A DNA stretch of 38,701 nt, from positions 1 through 38,701 of the IMG/VR virus record IMGVR_UViG_3300027159_000005; one strand, written 5' to 3'. The position numbers and the translations under genes were made by a program. Positions within the stretch are counted from its first letter, which is position 1. The number at the start of each line of letters is the position of its first letter. Of the stretch, positions 6,399-16,720 are shown piece by piece. The stretch is from a virus (lineage: Duplodnaviria; Caudoviricetes). The notes beneath the pieces are model-generated. The model was not told the origin of the DNA. It did not search any database and worked only from the letters and a program-made list of their open reading frames with translations.

Positions 6399-8984
6399 AT
6401 GGCTATAAAGTTTTTAAATACCGTACAAGTAGATACAGACGTTTTATACGTAGACGCCGCGAATGATAAAGTCGGTATAGGAACGACTAGTCCTGAGAGA
6501 TTATTAAGTTTGTATTCTAACAATGCTGAAACAACACCAAGACTTTTAATCGAGCAAGATGGTACTGGCGATGCTGTTATGGCTTTTAGCTTAACAGGTG
6601 GTCAGGGCTGGTCAATGGGTATTGATAATTCTGGAAGTGATTCTTTTATGATTCACAATAGTGCTGGTGGCGTTGATTCTTCAAGTCAATTTACAATTAA
6701 CACCGGTGGTAACGTCGGGATCGGAACTACTAGTCCTCAAAGAAACCTAACAATATACGAATCTTCTGGGAACGCAGTATTACAGTTAGCCAATAACACA
6801 TCAGGCGTAGGTGCGTCAGATGGTTTCCTTGCTTATACTGACGGAACAAATGTAGGTTTAGAAAATAAAGAAAATGGGTATTTATCTTTAGCAACTAATG
6901 CGTCTGAAAAAATGCGTATTACCTCAACTGGTAATGTAGGTATAGGCAATACAGGTCCAGTAAACGGCAAACTTGTTGTAACCTCTGGTGTTGATGGTCC
7001 TTTAAATACGATAAGAATACAGCATACTAGAGATGATGCAAATGTAGCTACCAGCGCTCTTGAAATAGATATGAATTTATCTGGAGCAGATACTACAACT
7101 TCAGATAGAACAAATAGGGGAATATTTGTTGACTTAGATTCTTCAGCTGATGGAGATGCTTCTAATGAGCACAGAATTCATGGTATTGAAAGTGATGTTA
7201 GATTTACAGGTTTTTCAGATGTAGTACGAGCTGGTCAGTTTTATGCTGAGTCAGGTAATATTACTGAAAAAACAGCCCAATTAGTAGGTGTTTATGGACA
7301 GGCTATTCATGATGCTAATTCAACAAACGGAGGCGTAAGTAATATGTATGGTGTTTTTGGTTATAGCCAACCACAAGATTTAGGTGATGTTGATAATGCT
7401 TTTGGAGGTTATTTTTTAGTAGACATAGGTACAAATAGAGGTAATGCTGATATAGGTGTTACAAAAGGAGTTGAAGGAGAAATATCGATAAACAAAGCGA
7501 ATACTATAACTTACGGAGAAATGATGGCTGTCTCAGGTGTCATTGATAATAACGAAGGTACTGTACCTAATTTTGGTAACCAATATTTATTCAAAGGTGA
7601 TTACCAAGGAACAAAAGGTAGTAATGCTTGGGGTATATATACTGAAGGTGATAAACATTACTTTGAAGGTAAAGTAGGTATAGGTACTACAACTCCTGAT
7701 TATTTGTTAGATGTAGAGGGTAGTGCCAATAATGCTGACATTGCAATAAGAGTAAATAATACTTTTGATGATAATCTTGCAACAAGTAATCCAAATGCTG
7801 TAGTATTTTTAAATGCTGCAAGTAATAATGGTTATTTAAGAGTTCACGGGGCTCCTGCTAATACAGCGTCAAAACATCAAATAGATTTAGGTTCAACAGC
7901 TAGTAGTAGCTTTTTAACATTTTCTCCAAATGACGCAGAAAGAATGCGTATTGCTGCAGATGGTGCAATACAATTTAATGATTACGGCGCAGGTACATTA
8001 GTAACTGATTCAAATGGTAATATTACAGCAACAACCACACCTCCAGGCACAGGTGTATTCGTGCCGCTTGCGGGCGGGTCTTCAGTAGGTCAAGCAATGA
8101 CTGGTACTTTACACGGGCCAGGTGCAACCTTCTCTGTATCAGGGAATAATTCAAGTAATTTACAAGTTGGTGATGGTTTTTTTAGAATGGAGATGGGTAG
8201 ATCATCTATACAAGCCAGAGTTGTAGGGGTAAGTGGAGCCGCTTCTAATTTAAATTTAAATCCAAACGGAGGAGACGTTATTTTTTCAGGTAGTGGCTAC
8301 GTTGGTATAGGAACAACTAGTCCTAGTGCTAAGTTAGAGGTAGCTGCAAGCGCAACTACAAGTGTAGATATAGCTCATTTTTCAAACTCAAATGGGGTTG
8401 TTAAAATAAAACACGCTTTAGACACGTTAGGTTCAGGTATAACATCTATTTTCGATGCTTCTAATAATGAAGATATTAGATTAAGTGCTCAATCGGATAG
8501 TTGGTTTAACGCAGGTAACGTAGGTATAGGAACTGATAGTCCTGATAAAATTCTACACATTAAAACCAATAATAATGGTTATGGTAGTGTTCGTATACAA
8601 AGAGACTCAACCAATCAAGGTGAGACTAGTATTGGGTTTTTTGGAAAGTCTAATACCCCTAACAACGAAGCTTGGGTTATTGGAGAAAATGGATGGGGGC
8701 ATACTGGAAAATTTGTAATTGGAAACGAAAACGGAGGAGCAGGCGGAAATGTTAGAATGACTATACAAAGAGACGGTAACGTAGGTATAGGAACGACTAC
8801 CCCTCAATCTAAACTTCAAGTTGCTGGTGGTATTCAAATGGCTGATGATACAGCTACAGCTTCAGCAGCAAAAGTAGGGACGTTAAAATATAGAGTTTCA
8901 GGTAATAATAGTTATGTAGATATGTGTATGCAAACAGGAGCCACAACATACGCATGGATTAATATAGTACAAAACAATTGGTAA
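6399..8984 (+). CDS. Tail fibre protein with xVGIG(T/N)xxP repeats (861 aa)
   Basis: Seven xVGIG(T/N)xxP repeats and ERMRI motifs, typical of Bacteroidota phage fibres. Confidence 0.8.
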   Translation: MAIKFLNTVQVDTDVLYVDAANDKVGIGTTSPERLLSLYSNNAETTPRLLIEQDGTGDAVMAFSLTGGQGWSMGIDNSGSDSFMIHNSAGGVDSSSQFTINTGGNVGIGTTSPQRNLTIYESSGNAVLQLANNTSGVGASDGFLAYTDGTNVGLENKENGYLSLATNASEKMRITSTGNVGIGNTGPVNGKLVVTSGVDGPLNTIRIQHTRDDANVATSALEIDMNLSGADTTTSDRTNRGIFVDLDSSADGDASNEHRIHGIESDVRFTGFSDVVRAGQFYAESGNITEKTAQLVGVYGQAIHDANSTNGGVSNMYGVFGYSQPQDLGDVDNAFGGYFLVDIGTNRGNADIGVTKGVEGEISINKANTITYGEMMAVSGVIDNNEGTVPNFGNQYLFKGDYQGTKGSNAWGIYTEGDKHYFEGKVGIGTTTPDYLLDVEGSANNADIAIRVNNTFDDNLATSNPNAVVFLNAASNNGYLRVHGAPANTASKHQIDLGSTASSSFLTFSPNDAERMRIAADGAIQFNDYGAGTLVTDSNGNITATTTPPGTGVFVPLAGGSSVGQAMTGTLHGPGATFSVSGNNSSNLQVGDGFFRMEMGRSSIQARVVGVSGAASNLNLNPNGGDVIFSGSGYVGIGTTSPSAKLEVAASATTSVDIAHFSNSNGVVKIKHALDTLGSGITSIFDASNNEDIRLSAQSDSWFNAGNVGIGTDSPDKILHIKTNNNGYGSVRIQRDSTNQGETSIGFFGKSNTPNNEAWVIGENGWGHTGKFVIGNENGGAGGNVRMTIQRDGNVGIGTTTPQSKLQVAGGIQMADDTATASAAKVGTLKYRVSGNNSYVDMCMQTGATTYAWINIVQNNW

Positions 8985-11900
8985 ATGAGTAAGAAATATA
9001 CAACAAATTTTTTAGAAGATACTAACGGATCAACGGGTTCAGCTAATCAAGTTTTAATTTCAACTGCTGCAGGTATAGATTGGGTTGACGGATCAGGTTC
9101 TGCAATAATTGGTGGTCCTTACTTACCACTAGTTGCTGGTTCAGGAAATCCTTTGACTGGGGACTTATATATAAATGACGATGTACCTTCAATAATATTA
9201 AATGATACAAATGCTACATCACCTACTAACACAGCGGCTTATATATCTTTTCGATCACAAGGAACTCAACAAGGTTATATAGGGTACGGTAGTAGTAGTA
9301 ATAACGATATAGCTTTATATGGAGCAAGTGGATCTGATGCCGTAATATATTCAGGAGCTGGTCTTGCTTTAACTTTAGATACATCGCAAAATGCAACTTT
9401 TGCGGGAGATGTAACAGTTTCTGGAGGAGATATAACTTTAGGTGGAGCAACTGGGCGTATTCAAGGTATTGACACAATAAACGCGGGTACAGATGCTGTT
9501 AATAGAAATTATGTAGACACAGAAATAGGAAACATACCTTCAGGACTAGCTTTTGAAGGAAACTGGAATGCATCGACAGACACACCAACTCTTGCTGGAA
9601 CAACACAAGATAATGGAAAGTTTTGGATTGTTAGTGTAGCAGGTTCAACAAACCTATCAGGTATTACTGATTGGGCTGTTGGTGACTGGGCTATATATGT
9701 AGACAATGGAGCAGGTACAGATGCTTGGCAAAAAGTAGATAATAGTTCTACATTATCAGGTTTAGGAGCTGCGAATAAAGTAGCTTTTTGGAGTACTACA
9801 TCAAACGTATCATTTAATAATAATTTTTCATACGACGGGACTAATTTAACAGCTCCAAGACTAAGAGTGGGAGATGGAACTGATGGTTACTTTTATAGTG
9901 ATTCTGCAGGACGTACTGCTTTTACAGGTGGTGATTTTTATATACAAAGTAACGTAAGTAACGCCTATAATTATGCAACAAATAATTACCACGGTAGTAC
10001 AAGTGGTGATAATCAATTATTTAGAGGTAATCCTTTATCAGGTAACAATTGGAATATTACAGCGGCTGGCGCAGCGACATTTACGACTGTAACAGGGACA
10101 AATGGAACTTTTTCAGGAACAGTTACCGGAGGTGTATCAACTTCAAACGTTGATGGGCAAGCAAATATTCCTTTTAAGCTTGGCGTTGACTACAACTCTT
10201 ATATGGTAGCGGCGGCTGGTAATACTTGGGGATTATTTTGGGCTGGTAACTCTGGCGCAAGATACGGAACCAATGGAAATGGAGGCCCTGGGAATATATG
10301 GGGAAACAGTGGCAATCCTAATGAATTTGCGTTTGTAGGTGGCGATAGTACAGCGTGGACAGTTTACGGTACTAATGGAAATGTGTGGCAAAAAGGAGAT
10401 TTATGGGTTAATGGTGGTGACATTATTTTAGGAGGCACTGGTAGAATTCAAGGCGTAGATACCGTAAGCGCTTCTACTGATGCGGCTAACAAAGCTTATG
10501 TAGACGGACTTGCAAATGATGACATTACAGCATTAGCTTTTTCAGGAACCACAACTCAGACTTTAACAGCTACTCAACGCGATTCAAGTACTTTAACAGC
10601 TTCTTTTAATATTTCTAAAATAAAAGCAGGTGGTAATGGACCTAGTACTGAAAATTTAAATTCAGTTGCTGATAGTGTAAGCGTAGGGCAATTGGAATAT
10701 AGAGGATTTAATTCTTCTTCTACAAATAAACCACCAACTAGTGATAACGCGAACGGTGTTATAACAGTTGGACAACATGCTGGAAATTACAATGCTCAGT
10801 TAGCTTTCTCTTCCAATGGAAATATGTATTGGAGAGACAACCCTAGTACTGGCTATGGTTCTTGGAGAACAATGTGGGATTCTGACAACGACGGTGCAGG
10901 GTCAGGTCTAGATGCTGATTTACTTGATGGGTTACAAGCTACCTCATTTTTAAGAAGTGATGCCACTGACACTTCAACCGGGGAAATACTTTTTGACGCT
11001 GGATTCACAAGTGATTCTATACTATTATCTGGAACCCAAAACTTTGATAACATATCAAGAAGCGGATTTTATAACTTATACAACACCTCTACTGGATCTA
11101 CAAATCCGCCTCCACTAACTTTTGGAACTATGATTGTAGTTGGCGGTAACAAACAAAACAATAGTTTTGGATTCCAAATGGCTAATGAAAGACTAGGAAA
11201 CGGGTTGTATATTAGAGGAATGAACGATTCAGCAAGTGCATGGAGTTCTTGGGCGGAAGTTTGGACATCAACAACTGACGGATCAGGGTCAGGTCTAAAT
11301 GCTGATTTACTAGATGGGTATCATGCTTCAACTACAAGAGCATCTGCTAATACTATTCCTATCAGAGATGGCAATGGATATTTAAACTTAGGATGGATAA
11401 ATACAACCTCAGGTAATACAACTAATACTATTTCTGACGTATATGTTAATACAAATGACGGGTATATAAGAAAAGCAACAAAATCTCACTTTAGAAGTCA
11501 ACTAACAGATGGTGTTTATTTGCCGATAGCCGGTACAGCAGCGGACTCGAATTTATTAGACGGAAAGGATCATACTAATTTTGGAGCAACATTAGCAACC
11601 TATGGTACAACCGCAGGTGCTTCTGGTAGAATAAGAATTACCGCACCATTCAATACGAACTCTGGTCATATGTTCCAGGTTACAGTTTCTATATACTCTG
11701 GTTATACCATACACACCTATGTAGTCGGTGGTTACATGTACAATAGCACAAACAATTGGTATTTACCTAAAGCTGTCTACTCAGGTACCGGAACTCCAGA
11801 TATAAAAGTAGGTAGGGATTCAAATGGCAAGGCTTATATAAGTATAGCTAACGGTAATTACACTGGGGTTCGTGTTCACAATATGACATTAGGTTATTAT

Positions 11901-13712
11901 ACTAATATAGCTGATACTTATGACCCTTGGACTATAACAATTGATGCTGCTCTACCGAATGTAATGTCACCTAATATATACACTACTTGGACAAGTGGTA
12001 ATGATGGAGCGGGATCTGGTTTAGACGCGGATTTACTAGATGGACAACAGGGATCGTATTATGCGTCAGCAGCATCGCTTGGTAATTATGTAACAATAGC
12101 AACAAATCAAACAATCACAGGTGATAAAACCTTTAGTGACGGACCTTACTATACCGGAACAACTTATTGGCGCGTATCAAGTGCTGATGCAGCTCTTCAA
12201 AGAGCAGACGCTAGAGATGACAGTACAAACTATTCAAGATTGCATTGGTATGGTGAATCTGATACTGGAGCAACATCTAACTTTAGACATGCTTACTATG
12301 ATGGTTCCAATTATATAAATGTAACAGCCGCTTCTGGAAGACTTACCTTTTCAGGTAAAGTAGCAGGGTCAACACCAACAGCCGCTGGAGATTTAACAAC
12401 AAAAGCTTATGTGGATGCTGCTACATCAGGTATTGTAACAGGTACGGGACTTACTAATCAGGTTGCTGTATGGACAAATACAGCAAATATTATTGATGGT
12501 CCAATAACTTTTTCAAGCAATGACGCAGCTTTTGCAGGTAAGATATCAGTTCAAGGTTCTAATGTTATAGAAATAGATCAGGGCACTTCATCTTTTAACC
12601 ATATATCAGTACTATCTACATTTGGTTCAAAATTATTCTCAGCTACTAATTACGGTTATGTTTTAGAAAGCTCATCTACTGCAGCAAATCCTGTCACATT
12701 TAGGTTTGACAACGACAGGTACAGAATATACAGCGGTTCTAGTGGAGAAGCTTTAACTGTATTGGCAAACAAAAAAGTCGGTATAAACAACTCTGCTCCC
12801 GGGTATCAACTAGATGTAACTGGTAACGCTAGGTTTACCGAAACAACACGTCATAATGGAGGTCTTTATACAAGTTCAACTCAAACCAGAAACAAAATAA
12901 GTGTTTGGAGTAGTCTAAGTACTTATACTATAGGTATGAAAAACGGGTTTGGGTACGGTGGCTTAGGAGGCGACGGTACAGGTACTGACTACGCTATGAG
13001 TTTTCAAATGAGTAATTCAAACAACCGCGGTTGGTGGTGGGGTGATTCAAGTCATAGTGATTTACAAGGCTCAATGTCTTTAACTACTCAAGGTAAGCTA
13101 GTTGTAGCTACATCTATAAAAGTGGGAGCTGGAGAATCTACTGGATCAGCTGGAACTTCTAAATTAACAGTAGTTACTCCTTTGGGTGGTATTGGAGCGG
13201 ATTTTCAAATTACTGGAGGATCCGGTTATGGAACAAAAAATGTAAGAGTTGCGATACCCGCTTATGGTGATGGAATACAACTTACGTCATTCGCAGCATC
13301 TAGTCTTGACAATAATGCTATAACTTTTTATCAAGATGCAAACAAAAGAGGGTCAATTGTAGTTAACGCAACTAGTACAAGCTACAATACAACTTCAGAC
13401 TACAGATTAAAAGAAAACAAAGAAATTATATCAGACGCTATAGAAAGAGTAAAAGCATTAAAACCTGTAAAATTTAATTGGATTTCTGAACCAAGCCAAC
13501 CTAAAATAGATGGATTTTATGCTCACGAATTAGCAGAAGTTGTGCCTGAAGCTGTTACCGGTGAAAAAGATGCTTTAGATCACGAAAACAATCCTGACTA
13601 TCAATCTATTGATCAGTCTAAAATAGTACCTCTACTATCAGCTGCTCTACAGCAAGCAATAGATAAGATAGAAGAATTAGAACAAAGAATACAATTAATA
13701 GAAAATAAATAA
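8985..13712 (+). CDS. Long tail fibre with C-terminal intramolecular chaperone (Peptidase S74) domain (1575 aa)
   Basis: TTSDYRLKEN autocleavage motif, GFYAHELAEVVPEAVTG, terminal coiled coil; GSGL(D/N)ADLLDG repeats. Confidence 0.88.
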   Translation: MSKKYTTNFLEDTNGSTGSANQVLISTAAGIDWVDGSGSAIIGGPYLPLVAGSGNPLTGDLYINDDVPSIILNDTNATSPTNTAAYISFRSQGTQQGYIGYGSSSNNDIALYGASGSDAVIYSGAGLALTLDTSQNATFAGDVTVSGGDITLGGATGRIQGIDTINAGTDAVNRNYVDTEIGNIPSGLAFEGNWNASTDTPTLAGTTQDNGKFWIVSVAGSTNLSGITDWAVGDWAIYVDNGAGTDAWQKVDNSSTLSGLGAANKVAFWSTTSNVSFNNNFSYDGTNLTAPRLRVGDGTDGYFYSDSAGRTAFTGGDFYIQSNVSNAYNYATNNYHGSTSGDNQLFRGNPLSGNNWNITAAGAATFTTVTGTNGTFSGTVTGGVSTSNVDGQANIPFKLGVDYNSYMVAAAGNTWGLFWAGNSGARYGTNGNGGPGNIWGNSGNPNEFAFVGGDSTAWTVYGTNGNVWQKGDLWVNGGDIILGGTGRIQGVDTVSASTDAANKAYVDGLANDDITALAFSGTTTQTLTATQRDSSTLTASFNISKIKAGGNGPSTENLNSVADSVSVGQLEYRGFNSSSTNKPPTSDNANGVITVGQHAGNYNAQLAFSSNGNMYWRDNPSTGYGSWRTMWDSDNDGAGSGLDADLLDGLQATSFLRSDATDTSTGEILFDAGFTSDSILLSGTQNFDNISRSGFYNLYNTSTGSTNPPPLTFGTMIVVGGNKQNNSFGFQMANERLGNGLYIRGMNDSASAWSSWAEVWTSTTDGSGSGLNADLLDGYHASTTRASANTIPIRDGNGYLNLGWINTTSGNTTNTISDVYVNTNDGYIRKATKSHFRSQLTDGVYLPIAGTAADSNLLDGKDHTNFGATLATYGTTAGASGRIRITAPFNTNSGHMFQVTVSIYSGYTIHTYVVGGYMYNSTNNWYLPKAVYSGTGTPDIKVGRDSNGKAYISIANGNYTGVRVHNMTLGYYTNIADTYDPWTITIDAALPNVMSPNIYTTWTSGNDGAGSGLDADLLDGQQGSYYASAASLGNYVTIATNQTITGDKTFSDGPYYTGTTYWRVSSADAALQRADARDDSTNYSRLHWYGESDTGATSNFRHAYYDGSNYINVTAASGRLTFSGKVAGSTPTAAGDLTTKAYVDAATSGIVTGTGLTNQVAVWTNTANIIDGPITFSSNDAAFAGKISVQGSNVIEIDQGTSSFNHISVLSTFGSKLFSATNYGYVLESSSTAANPVTFRFDNDRYRIYSGSSGEALTVLANKKVGINNSAPGYQLDVTGNARFTETTRHNGGLYTSSTQTRNKISVWSSLSTYTIGMKNGFGYGGLGGDGTGTDYAMSFQMSNSNNRGWWWGDSSHSDLQGSMSLTTQGKLVVATSIKVGAGESTGSAGTSKLTVVTPLGGIGADFQITGGSGYGTKNVRVAIPAYGDGIQLTSFAASSLDNNAITFYQDANKRGSIVVNATSTSYNTTSDYRLKENKEIISDAIERVKALKPVKFNWISEPSQPKIDGFYAHELAEVVPEAVTGEKDALDHENNPDYQSIDQSKIVPLLSAALQQAIDKIEELEQRIQLIENK

Positions 13713-13721
13713 ATAAAAATT

Positions 13722-14093
13722 ATGACAACTTACGATTGGAATTGCAGAACAGTAGATTGCTATCCAGAACAAAACAACGAAGCGGATGTGGTGTACAATG
13801 TGCACTGGATTGTAACAGGTACTTCAGATCAAACAGATCCTCAAGGAACGTCTTGGGCAGCTACAAATATTGGGACACAAGTTTTAGATACTAGTCAAAT
13901 AACAAATTTTATACCTTTTGATCAATTAACAAATGACGAAATTGTAGCTTGGACTAAAGGAGCAATGGGTGACGAGCAAGTTGCTAGTATTGAAGCAAAC
14001 GTGCAAAGTCAAATAGATAGTTTGATTACACCTACAAGTGTTACATTAACTATTGGAGAGCCTGTTCCGCCAGAGCCACCTATTGAGGATTAA
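13722..14093 (+). CDS. Conserved small tail-fibre-associated protein (123 aa)
   Basis: DVVYNVHW...FIPFDQLT..IVAW pattern, often found next to marine phage fibre genes. Confidence 0.65.
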   Translation: MTTYDWNCRTVDCYPEQNNEADVVYNVHWIVTGTSDQTDPQGTSWAATNIGTQVLDTSQITNFIPFDQLTNDEIVAWTKGAMGDEQVASIEANVQSQIDSLITPTSVTLTIGEPVPPEPPIED

Positions 14094-14097
14094 TTAG

Positions 14098-14131
14098 GTA
14101 AAAATCAAAGAAAACGAGTAATAATACTCGT
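14098..14131 (+). promoter_or_regulatory. Putative late promoter, copy 2, overlapping a perfect 7-bp inverted repeat
   Basis: GTAAAA-N11-CGAGTAATAATA; ACGAGTA-ATAA-TACTCGT at 14114-14131. Confidence 0.6.
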
Positions 14132-14145
14132 ATACCTGAAAAAGG

Positions 14146-14175
14146 TAAATTAAATCAAATCAAATTAAATTAAAT
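14146..14175 (+). repeat. Six tandem YAAAT pentamers abutting the groEL start codon
   Basis: TAAAT TAAAT CAAAT CAAAT TAAAT TAAAT ATG. Confidence 0.75.
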
Positions 14176-15729
14176 ATGAACGGAATTGTCAAAAACTTGA
14201 ACTTTGGTGATGATGCTAGAGATCAAGTATTTAAAGGAATAGAGAAATTAGCAAATGCTGTCAGCTCTACATTAGGAGCTGGTGGTAAATGCGTAATGCT
14301 AGAGGACGGTACGGGTAAACCTGTTATAACAAAAGACGGTGTAACTGTAGCTGATTCTATAATATTGTTTGATCCAGTGGAAAATATGGGATCTACATTG
14401 TTAAAAGAAGCCGCTAGAAAAACTGTTCAAGAAGCAGGTGACGGTACAACCACCGCAACTGTTTTAGCACACGCTATATTAAAAGAAGCTTACGCTGTTT
14501 CAGAAAAGAAAAATGCCAGAGAAATAAAAGATGGTATTAATTCTGCAGTTGAAAAAGTAATTAAGTATTTAGAAAAGCTAGCAGTTGACGTAAAAGGAGA
14601 CATGTTAGATAATATAGCTTCTATATCTGTTAATAACGACAATGAATTAGGTTCTATTATAGCTGATGCATTTAGATCTGTAGATAATACAGGTATTGTA
14701 ATGATGGAAACTGCCGGTGACGGTAAAACTGTTTCTGAATTAATTGAAGGTGTACCTTATGATAAAGGTTTAACAAATTCTCATTTCATTACAAACGAAC
14801 AAACAAAAACAGCTGAATTAGAAAATCCATTAGTGTTAATCATGGAATCACCAGTTAACACTATAAGAGATATACAAAAAGTGCTGGAGTACGTAATAAA
14901 AAACAATAAACCTTTGCTTATTATAGGCGATTTAGAACAAGGTGTTTTATCAACTCTGGCTACCAATAAAAAGAAAGGTAATCTAAAAGTAAATGTAATC
15001 AATGCTCCTACCTACGGCATTAGCAAACGTGAAGTACTTGAAGATCTTTCCTTACTAACTGGGGCTACAATAGTTAACGAGGATTTAGGCGATGACCTTG
15101 ATTCGATTGACGTAGAGTATTTAGGATCTTGTTTAAAAAGTGTTACCTCACACGAGGACACTGTTATAACGGTCTCTGAGGCATCCGAAAAGATAAAGGA
15201 TGTAATACGTAGCATAAAAGAAAAGCTTACGAATAACACGCTGAAAAGCTGGGAAGTTATAAAGCTTGAAAAAAGATTATCAATGTTAACCGCCAAAATT
15301 GCAGTGGTTAAAGTTGGTGCAAACTCTGAAGTAGAGTTAAAAGAAAAAACTGATAGAGTTGAAGATGCTATCTGTGCAACAAAAGCAGCCGTTAAAGAAG
15401 GTATTGTACCAGGTGGTGGCGTTGCATTATTAAATGCTTCAACATATATTAAAAGTGAAGGATTAGGTGAAGAAGTTTTATTAAGAGCTATAAAAGCCCC
15501 TTACTTTACAATATTAGAAAATGCAGGTATCACAGCATCAGAGCCACAAGACAAAGGTATTGGTTTGAATGCAATAACGGGAGAACCTGTAGATATGGTT
15601 AAACACGGTATAATTGATCCGTTAATGGTAACCAAAAGTGCATTAAGAAACGCTGCATCTGTAGCAACTACGATATTATCAACTGATTGTGTAATTAATA
15701 ATTTAAGAGCAAATGAAGGCGATAGGTAG
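14176..15729 (+). CDS. groEL: Phage-encoded group I chaperonin GroEL/Cpn60 (517 aa)
   Basis: ITKDGVTVA, AGDGTTTATVLA, RVEDA, EGIVPGGG and GIIDP motifs; no C-terminal GGM tail. Confidence 0.96.
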   Translation: MNGIVKNLNFGDDARDQVFKGIEKLANAVSSTLGAGGKCVMLEDGTGKPVITKDGVTVADSIILFDPVENMGSTLLKEAARKTVQEAGDGTTTATVLAHAILKEAYAVSEKKNAREIKDGINSAVEKVIKYLEKLAVDVKGDMLDNIASISVNNDNELGSIIADAFRSVDNTGIVMMETAGDGKTVSELIEGVPYDKGLTNSHFITNEQTKTAELENPLVLIMESPVNTIRDIQKVLEYVIKNNKPLLIIGDLEQGVLSTLATNKKKGNLKVNVINAPTYGISKREVLEDLSLLTGATIVNEDLGDDLDSIDVEYLGSCLKSVTSHEDTVITVSEASEKIKDVIRSIKEKLTNNTLKSWEVIKLEKRLSMLTAKIAVVKVGANSEVELKEKTDRVEDAICATKAAVKEGIVPGGGVALLNASTYIKSEGLGEEVLLRAIKAPYFTILENAGITASEPQDKGIGLNAITGEPVDMVKHGIIDPLMVTKSALRNAASVATTILSTDCVINNLRANEGDR

Positions 15730-15979
15730 AAACTTAATAATAAAGAAACAAAAAGAAGGGGTGGCCGCTACTAAAGGCGGTTTACTTCTTGCCGAAAAAC
15801 AAAGGGAAGATATACGATACATTAAAGCATCCGTAATATCTCCTGGAGAAGAAGCAACCAAAGCAGGTCTACTTGAAGGTGATTTAATTTACTACGATAG
15901 ACACGCTGGTCACACAATAGAAATAGAAGGTGATCCGTATCAAGTTATAAAAATGCAAGATATAGTTGTAGTTTTATGA
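15713..15979 (+). CDS. groES: Co-chaperonin GroES/Cpn10 (88 aa)
   Basis: TKGGLLL mobile loop, GD.I.Y and DIVVVL terminus; overlaps the groEL stop. Confidence 0.88.
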   Translation: MKAIGRNLIIKKQKEGVAATKGGLLLAEKQREDIRYIKASVISPGEEATKAGLLEGDLIYYDRHAGHTIEIEGDPYQVIKMQDIVVVL

Positions 15980-16416
15980 GAATAGACGCTAGTGATGTTA
16001 AAAAATTAGGGTTGTTAAAACACTACAGAATCATACGAAAATGGGCGTGTAGAAATAATGACTTAAACGACGCTGACCTAGAACTATTAATTTATTTAGA
16101 TTGCTTAGACATGTTTACTAAGCAAGATTTTAAAACAGGTACGTTTTCATACAGTTGGAATAATAGAAGATGGAATAAGTTGTTGAAGGAAGACTGGATC
16201 TCTGTTTGGCGAAAAAGAAATAGAACTACTCAAAAGTACCATATATATAAAGTATCATTCAAAGGCAAGCAACTTATAAATAGAATTTATAGAATAATGC
16301 TAGGTCAAGATGATATACCTACGAGTAGTAGAAATAGAATAATGAAAGGAGATACTTATACAGATAAAGTATTAAGTGTATCTATAAAAAACGTCAATAA
16401 TGATAAAACAAGATGA
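15976..16416 (+). CDS. Putative winged-helix (MarR-like) DNA-binding protein (146 aa)
   Basis: LNDADLELLIYL helix, WNKLLKEDWI recognition region, wing ending YKVSFKGKQL. Confidence 0.6.
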   Translation: MRIDASDVKKLGLLKHYRIIRKWACRNNDLNDADLELLIYLDCLDMFTKQDFKTGTFSYSWNNRRWNKLLKEDWISVWRKRNRTTQKYHIYKVSFKGKQLINRIYRIMLGQDDIPTSSRNRIMKGDTYTDKVLSVSIKNVNNDKTR

Positions 16417-16699
16417 AAATTTATTGGGTCAACCAATTTTCCAAAACCCTGAGCAACCAGTTTTGCAAAATCCAGGAGTACCTGTACCTTCAAATGAAAT
16501 GGGTAATGCTAAACCTGTATTTAATCCAAGTCAAGCTTCAAATGCTCAATATGTATTTGGAACACCTGAAGAAAGAGCTAAAAGCATGCCGCAAAGGCAA
16601 ATAACACCTTTTGCTATGGCAGATTTATCTGGTGATGGAAAAATTACACAAAAAGATGTAGGAATTGGACAAGGCTGGATTAAACCTGATCAAGAATAA
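16400..16699 (+). CDS. Small P/Q-rich protein with C-terminal EF-hand/dockerin-like loop (99 aa)
   Basis: DLSGDGKITQKD fits DxxxDGxIxxxD. Confidence 0.6.
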   Translation: MIKQDENLLGQPIFQNPEQPVLQNPGVPVPSNEMGNAKPVFNPSQASNAQYVFGTPEERAKSMPQRQITPFAMADLSGDGKITQKDVGIGQGWIKPDQE

Positions 16700-16720
16700 A
16701 AAAACTATAAAAATAAAGAT

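Noticed and set aside
3136-13712. Diversity-generating retroelement or invertase shufflon acting on the fibres
   Set aside because: No reverse transcriptase, recombinase, adenine-specific TR/VR pair or inverted cassettes seen in the window.
14176-15979. groEL/groES as host contamination or a prophage boundary
   Set aside because: Divergent sequence, reversed gene order, a phage-type upstream motif and seamless coupling to phage genes.
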